Of a stretch of 64,000 bases of DNA, positions 52,008-64,000 are shown piece by piece. The stretch comes from Iphione sp. A-MEVVRFRX5 (taxonomy: Eukaryota), in the NCBI GenBank assembly GCA_976226885.1, contig OZ320316.1, positions 72,168,001 to 72,232,000 on the forward strand. The letters run 5' to 3'. Position numbers and translations under genes: made by a program. Each line of letters starts with the position of its first letter. The stretch's first letter is position 1. The notes beneath the pieces were generated by a model. The model was not told where the DNA came from. It was given only the letters and a program-made list of their open reading frames with translations, and did no database searches.

Positions 52008-52794
52008 TAAATAAAAAAAGCTTAAAATAGATGGAAAGGTATTTAACATTGATGTTAACAAAGACTCAATAAGGACAAAATATACAGATACTTAAATTTG
52101 TACACTTTATTATAGATCAATGCGTGTGCAGTCTCAAGCTGGGATCCACGATTGCTTTAACTGACTTCTTTCCATCATAAACGTACAAATATTTGAATAA
52201 GTGGTATCTTAAATGAATGGTCTGTAGAATCAGGCCAATCCTAGACTATTGAGTTTATTGCTCAGTGGCTTGACATGTTATTTGTGTGATGCCTGCGTAG
52301 ATGCTCAGTGATTTAGGAAAGGTCATACATATAGCTCTTGATCCGAGGCACATTATCACATGATCACCCAAAGCTGTCGGCTGCTCACCTATCCCCAGTA
52401 TTTTTAATAACCTTTATATCAGACAGGCTGAAATTAAAGGCAAAAATAGCATTTAAGGATTGCAGGCCAGATTTCGTCTTCTTACCAATTCCTCTACCCA
52501 ACAAATTTGGCTGCAACATTAGTATTCTAGGAATGAGGCCTGCGTGCACATTATAGTCGGAGATCAATTGCGAAGTGTAATGTTTTTCTCAGTACCAGTT
52601 CTGCTACCCCTGTTGATCACTCCTTGTCCCTCAAGTGCCAGTGATTCTATGTATTGTAAAAGTATCAACTTCGTTCTCACTCTCAAATCATGGAATTTTG
52701 ACTTTGTTATTGCCTCCCCCATTCTTACATTCTTACCGGTCACTGATTTTGTTACCTTATTATATAGCTTTCCTATGCATTGAAAGACATGATA

Positions 52795-53370
52795 GGCCCT
52801 TTCCATGTGCAAAATGTTTCACCCACGCACACAGGGCAAGACAGTGTCGGAGGACTGGACCCCCTTCCATGCTTAAATATCTTTCATCCAGTTTCCCTGC
52901 ACTCGGTTTCATATGTAGAAGAGGTGAATAGAATGGAATAAAAGAGAATTTTGTTGAAATTGAAGCATATCAGTGGAAATTGTAAGGTTTTTCATGGAAA
53001 TGGAAGCCCATTGGTGGAAATTGTGTGGCTTTCCTGGAAATGGAAGCATATCAGTGGAAATTGTGCAGTTTTTCATGGAATGCAAGCAAATCAAGGGATA
53101 TTGTGCAGCTGTTCATTGAAATATGAGTGAGCATATCAGTGAGGTTTTTATGCAAACAATATACAAATTTGATAAATAATTTAACTATCCCACACCATTT
53201 CCAAGCTGTTTGCATGGGTACCCCTTCCTGGCAGCTGTTCCAAGCTGTATGAACTCGGTAGCACTCCTCAGATAACAGAGCATAGACCCGTTTCGTATAC
53301 ATGGTGTATGAACTCTGCAGCAGCATCTGGTCCCCCATGCAGATTTTAATCTGAATGGAAGGAAAGGGCC
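52795..53370 (-). mobile_element. PIF/Harbinger-like MITE (576 bp) with a 4 x 40-bp minisatellite, inverted relative to the 41092 and 63139 copies
   Basis: 10-bp TIR GGCCCTTTCC/GGAAAGGGCC; array tggaaatggaagcatatcagtggaaattgtgcagtttttca at 52955-53115, the reverse complement of the 63440-63560 array. TSD not clean. Confidence 0.7.
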
Positions 53371-53789
53371 CCCTACTACTCTGCTCAGTGACCACCAAAT
53401 ATCCCTACACTGTTATAGCAAGGATCTCTGTTACAACCACAGAGGTGTACCTCTTCTTTCCATTGCAGGGAAAATTCTTGCCCCAGTCATCCTCAATCAC
53501 CTAATTATGCATCTTGAACAATGCCTCCTACCTTAAAGTCAATGTGGCTTCTGAAAGGACAGAGGTACCACAAATATGATTCTCAGAGCTAGACAACCAC
53601 AGGGAAAATGTCAAGGACAAAATGTCAAACTGTACACCACCTTCATTGACCGGACCAAAGCTTTCAACACTGACAGCTGAGAGGACCTATGGAAAATCAT
53701 GACCAAGTTTGGATGTCCAGAGAAATTTGTGTCAGTGATAAGAAAAATCCATGATGGCATGCAAACTTGGGTGCTTGATAATGGGATAT

Positions 53790-54176
53790 TGACACATCAC
53801 CGTACTATCACATAGCCATGCCCACCCATCACAATGTGACAGTCATACTTTCACTTCAGTCACATACAATGTTCAAATGTTTTTAAAAAAAGGTTTCTAG
53901 TCATAGTATCAGTGTACTGCACTTTCTCATATACTTTGAAAATAAATATATGTTCATAATGGATATAGTGTCTATACATTAACATAACCACATATTGATA
54001 TGACAGTCATAATTATAATACGGTCACATGCAAGCGAATGTGTCACTCAAAAGTCGTCTGCATGGATTGGTTATACAAGTCACGTGACAAAATAGCATAG
54101 CATCATTAGCTATGGAACACTTTGATTGACAGATATCATGACCATAAGAAATGTCCTATTATGCAGTGATGTGTCA
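53790..54176 (+). mobile_element. 387-bp MITE with TGACACATCAC TIRs and a 2-bp (AT) TSD, inserted in the RTE
   Basis: Perfect 11-bp TIRs; AT at 53788-89 and 54177-78; excision restores the RTE frame (DNG-I-FSESFAITN). Confidence 0.85.
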
Positions 54177-54864
54177 ATTCTCTGAGTCATTTGCCATCAC
54201 AAATAGCAAGGATGTGTCCTTGTGTCCTTGCATCAACTTTATTCAGCATCCTGTTTGCTGCAATGCTTCATGACACATTCAAATCAGAAGACCCAGGCTT
54301 TAGAGGTGATTCAGAACTACTGAAAAGCTCCGCAACCTCACTAACTTGAGAGCCAAGACAAAACCCAGCACTACCATCCTCAGAAACTTCTTGTTTGCTG
54401 ATAAGTGTACCCTGAATGCAAGAAATGAAAGAGATATGCAACACAGTATGGATCTTTTCTCTGCTACTTGCCTTAACATTGGACTTACTATCATTAGCAA
54501 GTATACCAAGCAGTCATCCTTACCACCTTACTCTTCACTGTAGAAACTTGGACCATATATCAGCATCATGCCAAGAAATTGAACTGCTTTCACCTCTCTT
54601 GCCTTAGGAAGCTCCTCAACATCAAATGGTAAGACAAGATCCCAGACATAGAAGTGTTAAGCAGAACAGGACTTCCCAATATTTTCACTCTTCTCAAGAA
54701 AACTCAGCTATGCTAGGCTGGTCATGTCCATCAAATGCCATACACAAGACTCCCTAAAATACTACTTTATGGGGAGCAGCCCACTGGAGCAAGAACATGC
54801 AGTGGTCAAAATAAATATTACAAAGACTCCCTCAAAGCCTCCCTCAAAGACTTCAATATTGATT

Positions 54865-55326
54865 CAGTCAATACTCAAAACCAAACAATCACCGTTTCAG
54901 GTTATTTCGTTTGTATTTTGGTTCATTTGGATTTCAAATTGTGCCCTAATGCCACTTTTCAACATACTTTTCATATTCTTAAGCCAAAAATCAGCAAAAT
55001 TTAGGCAAATTCATCTGAAAATTGGCAAAATTCAGCCAAATTCATCCGAAAATCAGCAAAACTCGGTCAAATCGTCCAAAAATCGGCAAAATTTATGCAC
55101 ATTTGTCCAAAAATCATCAAAAACTAGCCTAATTCATTTTTAATAAGCCAGATTTGGCTAAAAATTGGCAAAAATCGACCAAAATTGGCTGGAAATTGTT
55201 TGGATTTCAGATTGAAATGTTTGGTTATATGAGTATTTTAACAGAGAAAAATAATTGGTGCCAGCCAATTCTGTTCAGATTTGGGAAAAATCAGTTTTTG
55301 AGTGTTCGGTTTTGGAGTAACCTTTG
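54865..55326 (+). mobile_element. 462-bp Tc1/mariner-type MITE with a phased A-tract array, inserted in the RTE
   Basis: Imperfect TIRs CAGTCAATACTCAAAACCAAAC / reverse complement CAAAGGTTACTCCAAAACCGAAC; TA at the right (55327-28), TT at the left; excision restores NID-I-SNWES. Confidence 0.7.
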
Positions 55327-56225
55327 TATATCAAACTGGGAATCCAACACTACACGTCATACCAAGTGGAGAAGCACTATCTACAAAGGAGCAGAGAACT
55401 TTTAGAAGCATAGGATGTCCCTTGCACAGTCTTCAAGAGCTGCTTGGAAATTCTGCCAAAGTCAAAGAGACAGACTCCCCTTCATAAAATGTTCTCACTG
55501 TGACAGGTCATTTCATGCATGAATTGGCCTCACAAATCACATGAGCATTTACAAAGGATGAGGAAAAAGAAACTAAGAGCATGGTCATCTTTGATGATGA
55601 AGGACAAAGAAGAGGCAAGGATCACAGTTTTCATCGACAATATCCTATCCCTATCCTAAGTAAGTCCTCTAATTTTCATCATATAATACAGTTTCACATT
55701 CACTCCTTGGCATCTGGAGACCCTGTAACCATATTACCACGTTATCTGGACTCTAATGGGAGGACGAACCCATTTTCACTATAAATCGTACTATTTAACT
55801 GTATCCTCATATGCATAACTGGGGTGTATTTATCGACTTTAGAGACAATTTATGGTATAATTGATGTTGTTTTAGCCATACTAGGAAAATATAAAGCAAA
55901 CCCCTGAAATAGTAAAGCAATTAATGTTGTTTTAACCAGATGAGGTATAAGCAAGGAACCACCAGGCACTCCGGCTTTCATAGTATCCCTTATGCAGTTA
56001 AAACAACTTTGATTACTTTACTATAGGATTTTACAGGGCATTATGTATACTATTATGCACATTTTCCCTGCCAGGAGACGCAGGTGTGCGGATACTAGAT
56101 AATATGGATTGGACATCCATATTATCTGGTATCTGGACCATTTCACTGGAAACAATAGCACTCCAGTTAACACGGTCTGACTGTATATCATTTATATGCT
56201 GAAAATACATTTGAGTCTGATCAGT

Positions 56226-56474
56226 TGAGACATCTCTGCATGATAGGAGGACATGTTTTAAAGTCATAATATCTGTCAATCAAAGTGTTCCATAGCCAAT
56301 AATGTTATGCTATTTTGTCACATGACTTGTGTAACCAATCCATGCAGATGACATTTCAGTGACACTGTCACTCATGCATGACCATATTAGAATTATGACT
56401 GTAACATGTCATTATGTGGTTATGTAAATCTATGGATATATATCTATTGAGAACATGGTGAAGTATCTATATTT
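56226..56474 (-). mobile_element. Second, inverted copy of the 53790-54176 MITE, truncated by the gap
   Basis: The reverse complement aligns with about 53940-54176 (e.g. gctatggaacactttgattgacagatat.atgac, catggattggtta.acaagtca.gtgacaaaatagcata). Confidence 0.85.
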
Positions 56475-56607
56475 NNNNNNNNNNNNNNNNNNNNNNNNNN
56501 NNNNNNNNNNNNNNNNNNNNNNNNNNNNNNNNNNNNNNNNNNNNNNNNNNNNNNNNNNNNNNNNNNNNNNNNNNNNNNNNNNNNNNNNNNNNNNNNNNNN
56601 NNNNNNN
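56475..56607. other. Assembly gap (133 N)
   Basis: Run of N. Confidence 1.
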
Positions 56608-59600
56608 TTAGACAGACAGACAAAGATAGACTGAATCTTATACACAAATGCGCTTGTAGTGTTGAAAGAACCAACATTGCGAAGATGCAGGTGTACTGTC
56701 CGTGCGACATGGCCATTTTATGGTAAATGGAAAAAAATGTCAGTGCTCAATGTAACAGATATACAGACACGTCGCCCCCCCCCCGCCCCAATTTTTTTAG
56801 TTCCAATGAATGTGTGAAGCCAAGATGCAGTTCAATCAACGGTTGCACTCTAGTCAGCTTTACCGTAGGTACATGTATAAAGTAATGGGATATGGATGTA
56901 CAGGTGTATGTTTTTCAAGAGCAATATTCTGAATTTTCTAAATTTTCCAACCGCGGCTGGTCTCACGGATATTCTTCGGTTTTTACTTCCCTTCTGTATT
57001 GAACATGATAACGAAACTCGCATTGCGAGATCATATGTCGCTCAATTGTTAATCAAAGCAGTGCCCTGCTCGGTCATGTATGGAGTTAGGCTGATTCGCT
57101 TTGACATGTGTCGCCCTTGCTTCTACTGTGCCAATGGCCGCTCGCTCCCAACGTGGACGTGTTGGACGCTCTGATCACACAGATGGCCGTACACGAAGAA
57201 GCGCCATCAATTATTCACACGGAAAAGGTGCGAGAGCTCATAGATGTTTAACGCCCCACAGCAAAATTCTCTGCGACTTAAGCCTCTGTTTGGCCAGGTT
57301 GGGGCGTTTATGTGCCAGGGTACTGTGGGCATGAGATTAATGGTGTCTTGATGAAGTTTGACGTATGGTAGTTCGAGCTCTCTCCGAGATCTGCATGATT
57401 AGTCAAATCAATGTCCAACCATATTGCAAGGATATCATGTTACATTGCTTCCAAACAGGATCTGCGGTGATTTACTAAAATTGTTTGTTCGGTAGCAGTA
57501 TACATTTTCTTTCACGCACTAGGACAACAGTATTGGGAAATACTCTACAATCTAGTGAGGATACAGTCCCATACTGTGTCGTGGAAGAGAAAAAACTTAT
57601 CCAATTTATATGTACATGTATTTAACAACAAATAGTCTAGTAATACGCGTTGGTCCAAAAGTCGCCGATTTTACTCTCTTTAAGGCAGGGTATTTAGGTT
57701 GAAATGTCTATTGTGAACATATGTGAATGGATTTTAACTAAAAGATTGGTCCGAAGTGAAACTTCAAGTTACTGGTCATGTTCCACATAGTTCACTATGT
57801 TCTATTTATATGTGTAACTTAATATGGATTTGTACGGATTATCTTCACTTCTTTCAAACTGCCCAGCGGAGCGTGTTTTTTTTTTTATTCAAAACGGCTT
57901 CATTTTACTTGAACACACAAATAAAGAGACTTTAGGCTATGTACGTATGTATGCATATGTATGGATGTATACTTGTACATGGGTGTGTGAAAATTGGGAA
58001 CCAGATCCAAATAGGTGAAGAATTCTGATTCTATCTGAACGCTGTAGACAGATTAGAAAGCGTAGCATCCACGTTGGTCTTACTCTCCTTTTGTAATGGG
58101 GCGCTGGAGTGTCATCGGCGGACCCGCTACGAGGAGGATCAGGGACGTATTTAGGCTGTTGGACAAATCATCAAGTGGTGGACATTGCCAATGGGACCAA
58201 AGAAACACTAGTGGGAAGGTCAATAGCAGCCGGATAGGTAGGTTTGTACTTGAAACTAAAACCCATAGGACATCCGCTGTGGTTCGCGGGAGCACATTTG
58301 TGCGGTGAGGCCTCTCCACATCGCCTGCAGGGCTCAGGCAGTCAGAACCGTAGGGAACCACACAGGGTTCGCACCTTGCTTCCCTCTAGTCTCTACCTCA
58401 TCTCATTATTATCGGTACCAGCCATGTGGCAGTGCCTCTTGCCGCGTTCTATTTCTAAACTAACTGTAGAAGGATATATAATTAGCCATATACTTCCTCG
58501 GGGCGTTGCACCTCTGGAGACACTCCTAATCCCAACCCCAAGCTGAATACGGTACCATCTTTCAAGAATTTGTCCTTCGCCAATGAATCTGGTATCTCCC
58601 CTAGCCGCAAGTAAAGGCCATCTTGGTATTGTCCTTGTACAAAGAAGGACATTTTGGAGGGGAAAGTCCAAATATCAACTGAAGAGGATTAGTGTGACCA
58701 CCTGGCAACTTGTCCGAAGGCAAGGATTTTCAATTTCGGAGGACGTCTTCTTTGAATTTGCAGCCCCATCGGCCTGTCCTATGCGTTCTAGATATGGAGG
58801 GTGTGCCTGTCAACGGTCAGAACAAATTGAAAATACACGTGAACTAACTTCTGGTGCCACCAATGCTCCGTCGACTATGCGAGGACGCTGTGTGTATCAG
58901 CTAAGGTGAAAAGTTCACTACATATTGAATTCTTTAACCCTTTCTAGCGAATCTTTCTCTCCTCCCCTGCAGTGACGCTTCTATCGGAAAGACATAATTT
59001 GGCTTATTTGTGAAACCGGATATTTATCCAGCTAAGTACGCCTTAGTGAAGAAGTGAATAAAAAGCTCGATCGTATCTTGTTTAGAGATGAGTTAAATGG
59101 CACACAGCTGGGCAACCGCCCCGGCTAAATAGACGATAGCATCTTTCCCTTTTTTAACTAAGAGATGTGAGTGCAAAGGATAATCATTGTGCAGAGCCTC
59201 CGCCCATAGTTGAGCAGTGTGGGCAGTTTGCATGACACGAAGCGACATATGAGGTTCTCCACATTTTGGCCCTTCCACCGAAGGTTGATCAAAGCTTAGA
59301 GTGACAATGTCTCTTTAAAGTAACTGGAGAGATGTCTCATTCGTAACTGTAATTTAACTCAGAAGCCATTAACCTAATCCCCCACCACTTCACACTAAAA
59401 GGCGCTGTAAGAGGTTGATTCTGTTATCAACAGTGAAACACCTTACGTCAAATCCTGCTCCACCTTAAGTACAGATGAAATCGCAACTATTCAATCTTGT
59501 TGCCCGGGTCCTACTCCATCTTTAGTAAGAAGGCCCAGAAATGCTTGAATTCAAGTTTGATTTTAAGCTGTAGGTTTGCTTTTAAGTCAAGTGAAATTAC

Positions 59601-62600
59601 GTTGAACACCTTGGCCATTTTCAGTCAAACCTTGGGCGACATGCAATACCAGAGAGAAAAAGGTGTGAAAACCATAACTTTGTTTAATCGTCCATTCAGT
59701 CGAAAAATGTGCTTCATGCTGAGAGGACAATCGTTCCAGAGAAACTCTCACTTATACATACACGAGCAAAACCACAACGAGAAGGTTATGAAGAGAAAGA
59801 AAAACACTATGTTTAAGCGATAGCACCCAAGAGGCCATGTCTATTGGAGCAAAGGAGATCTGATGATGTAGGCACCTGCATATTGCATATTGAGAATGTT
59901 CACAACCGGGCTCTAAACTATGGCTGAAAAGTACTTGATGGTTGGACGTCAAAGCTTAAAGTTTTTGAATGGAAAGCATTGATGGATCAAAAGTGTACCC
60001 TTTAATGGGACACAACAGAGCGTAAATAAGAAGTGCCGAGGCAAGTGCGCACCGTGGTGACAGTCTCAAACATTTTAGAAATCCACCTTCATGATATAAT
60101 TCAATTTCATACTGAAGTTATCCCTTTGTGATAGACCACATCCCTGCCTCAGATCTGTCCCGGCTGGACGCAGTGCCTGCATAGGAAATCGAAATGCCGT
60201 GGCCTCTGGTTTGCGCCAAGACAAGCGTTTGTGATGGGATTAGTTCAAAAACTCTATGGTCTATGGATGCTATGGATGCGTCGAAACTTGTACAGATGTA
60301 AGTCTTGCTGGAGCCTGTACATAATTATACCTTTCCTGATCGCAGGTCATCAAAGTAGTACAAGATGGTCTGCCTCTTTTGATAGATTCATTTTAAGTAC
60401 GTGTTACTTGTGTAGTTAAAATTATGGAAACAGAGAACAAAGGAATTTTAACAAATAATTATGATATAATGGTAGAAAGCCCCTTTCCAGGCGGCCTTCG
60501 GTGCAAACTGCATATACACAAATAAATGTATAGTGTGTGCTGGAGATAAAATTTCATCCTTTATTACATGTACATGTACTTTGGAAATATGTTAACGTCC
60601 TGGGAATCTCACCTAGAAACACTCATACCAAATAGAATCTACGCTGAATAAGCTACGGAAATGTAGGAAAGCTATTGTTTACCTAAAGGCGGGGAAAAGA
60701 AAAGCGTCCTGTATGGTTAGGAGAATTTGCCATTGTGTGAAAGAGCTTGAGTGAATGTTTAATCTTCGTCCCATGGTAAGAGATTACAGCAATTGAAGGA
60801 CCTGTGTCTTCCCAGCGACAACGCTTGGCACAATTCAAGGAGCGTCAGAACAACGACCATAGACCAAGGACTGACATATCCGAGTGACTTTTGTTTACAT
60901 CTATATCTCCTATGGCAACGTAAGGTTTTCAATAGACGCAGAGTAAATGTTTCCGTAGATTTGTCGCCGGCCGAAAAAACTGTTTGCTGATATTCTGGTC
61001 TTGTGGCTTGGTTTGGTGAATTTAGGGCTGGGTGTGTCACCGAAGGAGGTTTGGGGTCTTGGGCTGGTAAGGGATGGAGCGCAGCATTGACTGAGGCAGG
61101 GCATTGTGAGGAGGTATTTGCCTCTAGCTAACGTTGAGGTGTGAGGTTTGTTTGGGGTTGACTACCGTGTTGCTTGGATGGAATATTTCACCAACAGTAC
61201 AAGTATAGTGTTTCACAGGCATAGGATGGTTCCTTCTCCCGGTCGGTAGATTTTGTATGTTCAGTTTGACTTTCTTGGAGACTTATGGGTCTGGTTTCAC
61301 ATTCAGTACAAGATTTGTTCGGCGAAACATATTCTGCTCCAGGTATTGGTTGAACTTATAAGCGGACAATGAATAACAGTAATCATTCTTGTGTTACAGC
61401 ATTAACATTACAATAAGTTGAGGACAAGACAGGCGTGCATCTCTTTCAATAATTTGCTTAATTCGTTCCTTAACGGCTTCGTAACAAAATGAACCTGGCC
61501 CGGGCATTACTGGGAAAGCGATGTATAATGCATTGTGTGAATGGAGTCCATGTAAACATGACCGAATAAATCTAATGTTTTCTTGAGTCCAGTAACAGGA
61601 TACTTCGCTTGGATTTAGGTGAAATATGAGTGGTCTACATTTGACCTGACTCTAACTCGGCTTACTTAATATTTGTCTAGGGACACAAGATGTGTTTTGT
61701 TAACGTCAAGGGAAATATGGGGTGAACTACAGCAACATATTAAACTTATTAGACCCACCTATATAACGGTAGGCTAATCTCGGACACAGTATTGTCATCA
61801 TAATACCAAGTCGAATGACAACTTTGAAGTAAAGGGTTTCCCATTCGGAAGATGAAATCAACTTTACAATAATACTTTTGCAACAAAGAAACCAGACTAT
61901 CAAGGGATTTATCGTTCATCCGGTGCACAACACTTCATTTTACAAGGCTTCTTACCGAATAGTTCACTTTATGCTTTCTTTGCAGTGGTAGTCTTAAAGA
62001 GAACGACATGCAGTGATAAAGTCGTATACGTATCAGAGATGAAAAATCTTAATCCTCGTGATCTTCATTCTGTGTTGCTTCTGATGATTTTATCTCAAAG
62101 GCTACGTATTTCTTGTGCTAATCCATAAACTATGTTTCGGCCTAAAGTTATCAGTGCATGTATTTGTTAACATGTTGTCAAATCAGATGTACTTTGCATC
62201 CTTGGTAGGGTTTGACAACTTCGCCAAATGTTGGTATATGCATATCATTCTGTAACTCTGCAATGTTACATGTCATGTTACAGCCTGGTAGACATTTAGA
62301 TGAAGAAAAGCCCATGAAATAATAATTTCGAAGAACTTTGCGGACGATTGACTGACGACGTAAACTCTTAAATCTTGATTCTACCTATCTGAAGAAAAGA
62401 CAGACTTAACACAATCTTATAAATGTAGGCTTGATACGCTCATATTTTATCAATGCAATTCGTCAATCGTCATAAAGCTGCGCATTGTCAAAGACGTGAC
62501 CTTATTCCAGAGGCCTTTACAGAGTTTTCAAAACTGACAAGGACGGACGTCCATTCTTCTTACGTTGTTCACACCTGGAGGTGAGCCCATTAGCCGACAA

Positions 62601-63138
62601 AAAGGGCCCTGAACCCGTTTTAGCGCTGCCTGCCAGACATGGGACAAAGACCTCGAAGCAATGGCCAGTAGTCGTTCGGCCCCTTGCAGCGTATATGCAA
62701 ACAAGTACGCCTGAAGGCAGCGGGCTTACCTTAGAAGTTGTACAAGAGGAAGAGAGGGAGGGAGAGAGGGAAAGAACAGAAAGCAGATGGGGAAGGTAGG
62801 GAAGAATGGCGACACAGAGGCAGATAGCCATTAAATAAGGGCAAATGCATGGATTTGTTAATTTCATTTAGATGGGCGGACATAACGGCAAGGGTCCAGA
62901 CAAGGATGTTTTAATAAGTAAAGTAACATGTTATTGAAGTACATATAAAAGTACATATAAAATGTTATATCGCAAAGGGCCAGGCGGAAGGAAGAAATGC
63001 AGGCACAGACCTATCAGAACAAAAAATCAGAAAAAGAGCAAGAAGAGTTGTCGCATGGAGTTGTAAGCTACTTAGGGAGAGTGTCCTATAAACTGGGCTA
63101 CAATGTATTGTATACCACACACATATACAAGTACTTTA

Positions 63139-63610
63139 GGCCTGCTTTCCATGTGTTCCAAAATTTTTGCAGACTCATACATATGTGTCCAGAAAAAAAT
63201 GAACTAAGGCTATCTAACTGGTGGCTTTCCAAGCATACAGGTTCCAGGCTCTGGGATCTATGTCAAGAGGTGTCTGTGGCTGAAAACTGAGCTATGTTCA
63301 TTTTTTTCCTGACTACAGATGCCCACAGACCAGCAGGACAGGGAAATGAAGGTTATGAGGCGAGGGAGTACCCAGGGGCCAGGCCTGGGCCAGATGAGGT
63401 ACATATTAGTTCATGTAAAAATTTCATAATTTGCATAAAAAAAGGCATAGTTTCCACTGATATGCTTCGATCTACTTTCAATAATTGCATAATGTCCACC
63501 AATATGCTTCGATCTCCATGAAAACAGCACATTTTCCACCAGTATGCTTCAATCTCCACAGACACATGCACACAATATACACACTGCCATGTACACAAGG
63601 AAAGCAGGCC
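63139..63610 (+). mobile_element. PIF/Harbinger MITE (472 bp) with an internal about 3 x 40-bp minisatellite
   Basis: TIR GGCCTGCTTTCCWTGTGT (17/18); flanks TTA (63136-38) / GTA (63611-13); internal hairpin ccagaaaaaaatgaac...gttcatttttttcctg; array 63440-63560. Confidence 0.85.
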
Positions 63611-64000
63611 GTAGTGCATTTTGTAAGATATTACTGTAATTGTAGCTGCTGACATCTTTGTGGTCAGTTCAACTTTAAAGCATCAATAAAATATCTATAC
63701 TTTATTGATTGGAAATATAATTGTTTTACGTGTATAGTGTATTTTTATTTTTTGAGCAAATAGCAATTTTGATAAAGGAGAACAGCACAAATTATCCTGC
63801 TGAAATGAGGTGCTCATTGTACCCAGTCAGCTATATGAATCATATATTGTAGTGTGCATGTAGGCCTAATCAGCAATGTTGAGCATCCTCTGAGGCTTTT
63901 CCAAAAAGAAAGGTCCACACCAATATCAGGTAAGAGTTCATGTACAAAAACAAGTATGTCTTTATTCAGTTTTCCTATTCCTTTAATATATGGGTACCCT

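Larger units (their letters stand above)
53405..55615 (+). mobile_element. 5'-truncated RTE/BovB-like LINE (RT to 3' end), interrupted by two MITEs
   Basis: CYNHRGVPLLSIAGKILA, SQCGF*KDRGT, FIDRTKAFNT, LWKIMTKFGCPEKF, FLFADKCTLNA (FADD), ETWTIYQHHAKKLNCFHLSCLRKLLNIKW, RLPKILLYGE, C-terminal CSHCDRSFHA*IGLTNH, and the RTE-type tail ATGGTCATCTTTGATGATGAAGGACAAAG. Confidence 0.93.

Noticed and set aside
58080-59280. GC-rich coding-looking tract on the minus strand
   Set aside because: The open stretches are in different frames with many stops and no identifiable domain.
60900-61390. Gypsy pol 3' tail (Y..Y....FRRTNL.L followed by a P/T-rich region) on the minus strand
   Set aside because: Only a loose motif; no integrase core or LTRs found.
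63319-63398. Strong-looking stand-alone coding exon
   Set aside because: It lies inside the 63139-63610 MITE and its acceptor T-tract is half of the MITE's internal hairpin. Kept only as a low-interest exonisation hypothesis.

Overview
Eukaryotic, repeat-dense, largely non-genic DNA (about 40% GC, frequent TACATGTA, one 133-N gap). It looks like a marine invertebrate such as amphioxus or a hemichordate, but that is inference only. I could not identify a host gene with confidence. The main feature is a complete 4.15-kb Ngaro/PAT-type tyrosine-recombinase (DIRS-order) retrotransposon at 11725-15873. It has split direct repeats (A1-gag-pol-YR-B1-A2-B2), a three-zinc-finger Gag, RT/RNase H and a frameshifted recombinase. 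Its layout suggests a retrovirus-like expression scheme. The gag stop is TGA-CTAG, the canonical leaky readthrough context, and is in frame with the start of pol. The recombinase sits behind a strong splice acceptor that could be joined to a donor in the 5' repeat. The rest of the window holds a pogo/Tigger DD30D transposase relic, an RTE/BovB-like LINE interrupted by two MITEs, two CR1/L2-type LINE 3' ends and an L1/Tx1-like relic. It also holds a piggyBac-type MITE, Tigger-type MITEs, a (TA)n-flanked MITE, and a family of PIF/Harbinger MITEs carrying internal minisatellites or helically phased A-tracts. All calls come from reading the sequence by eye; no searches were run.
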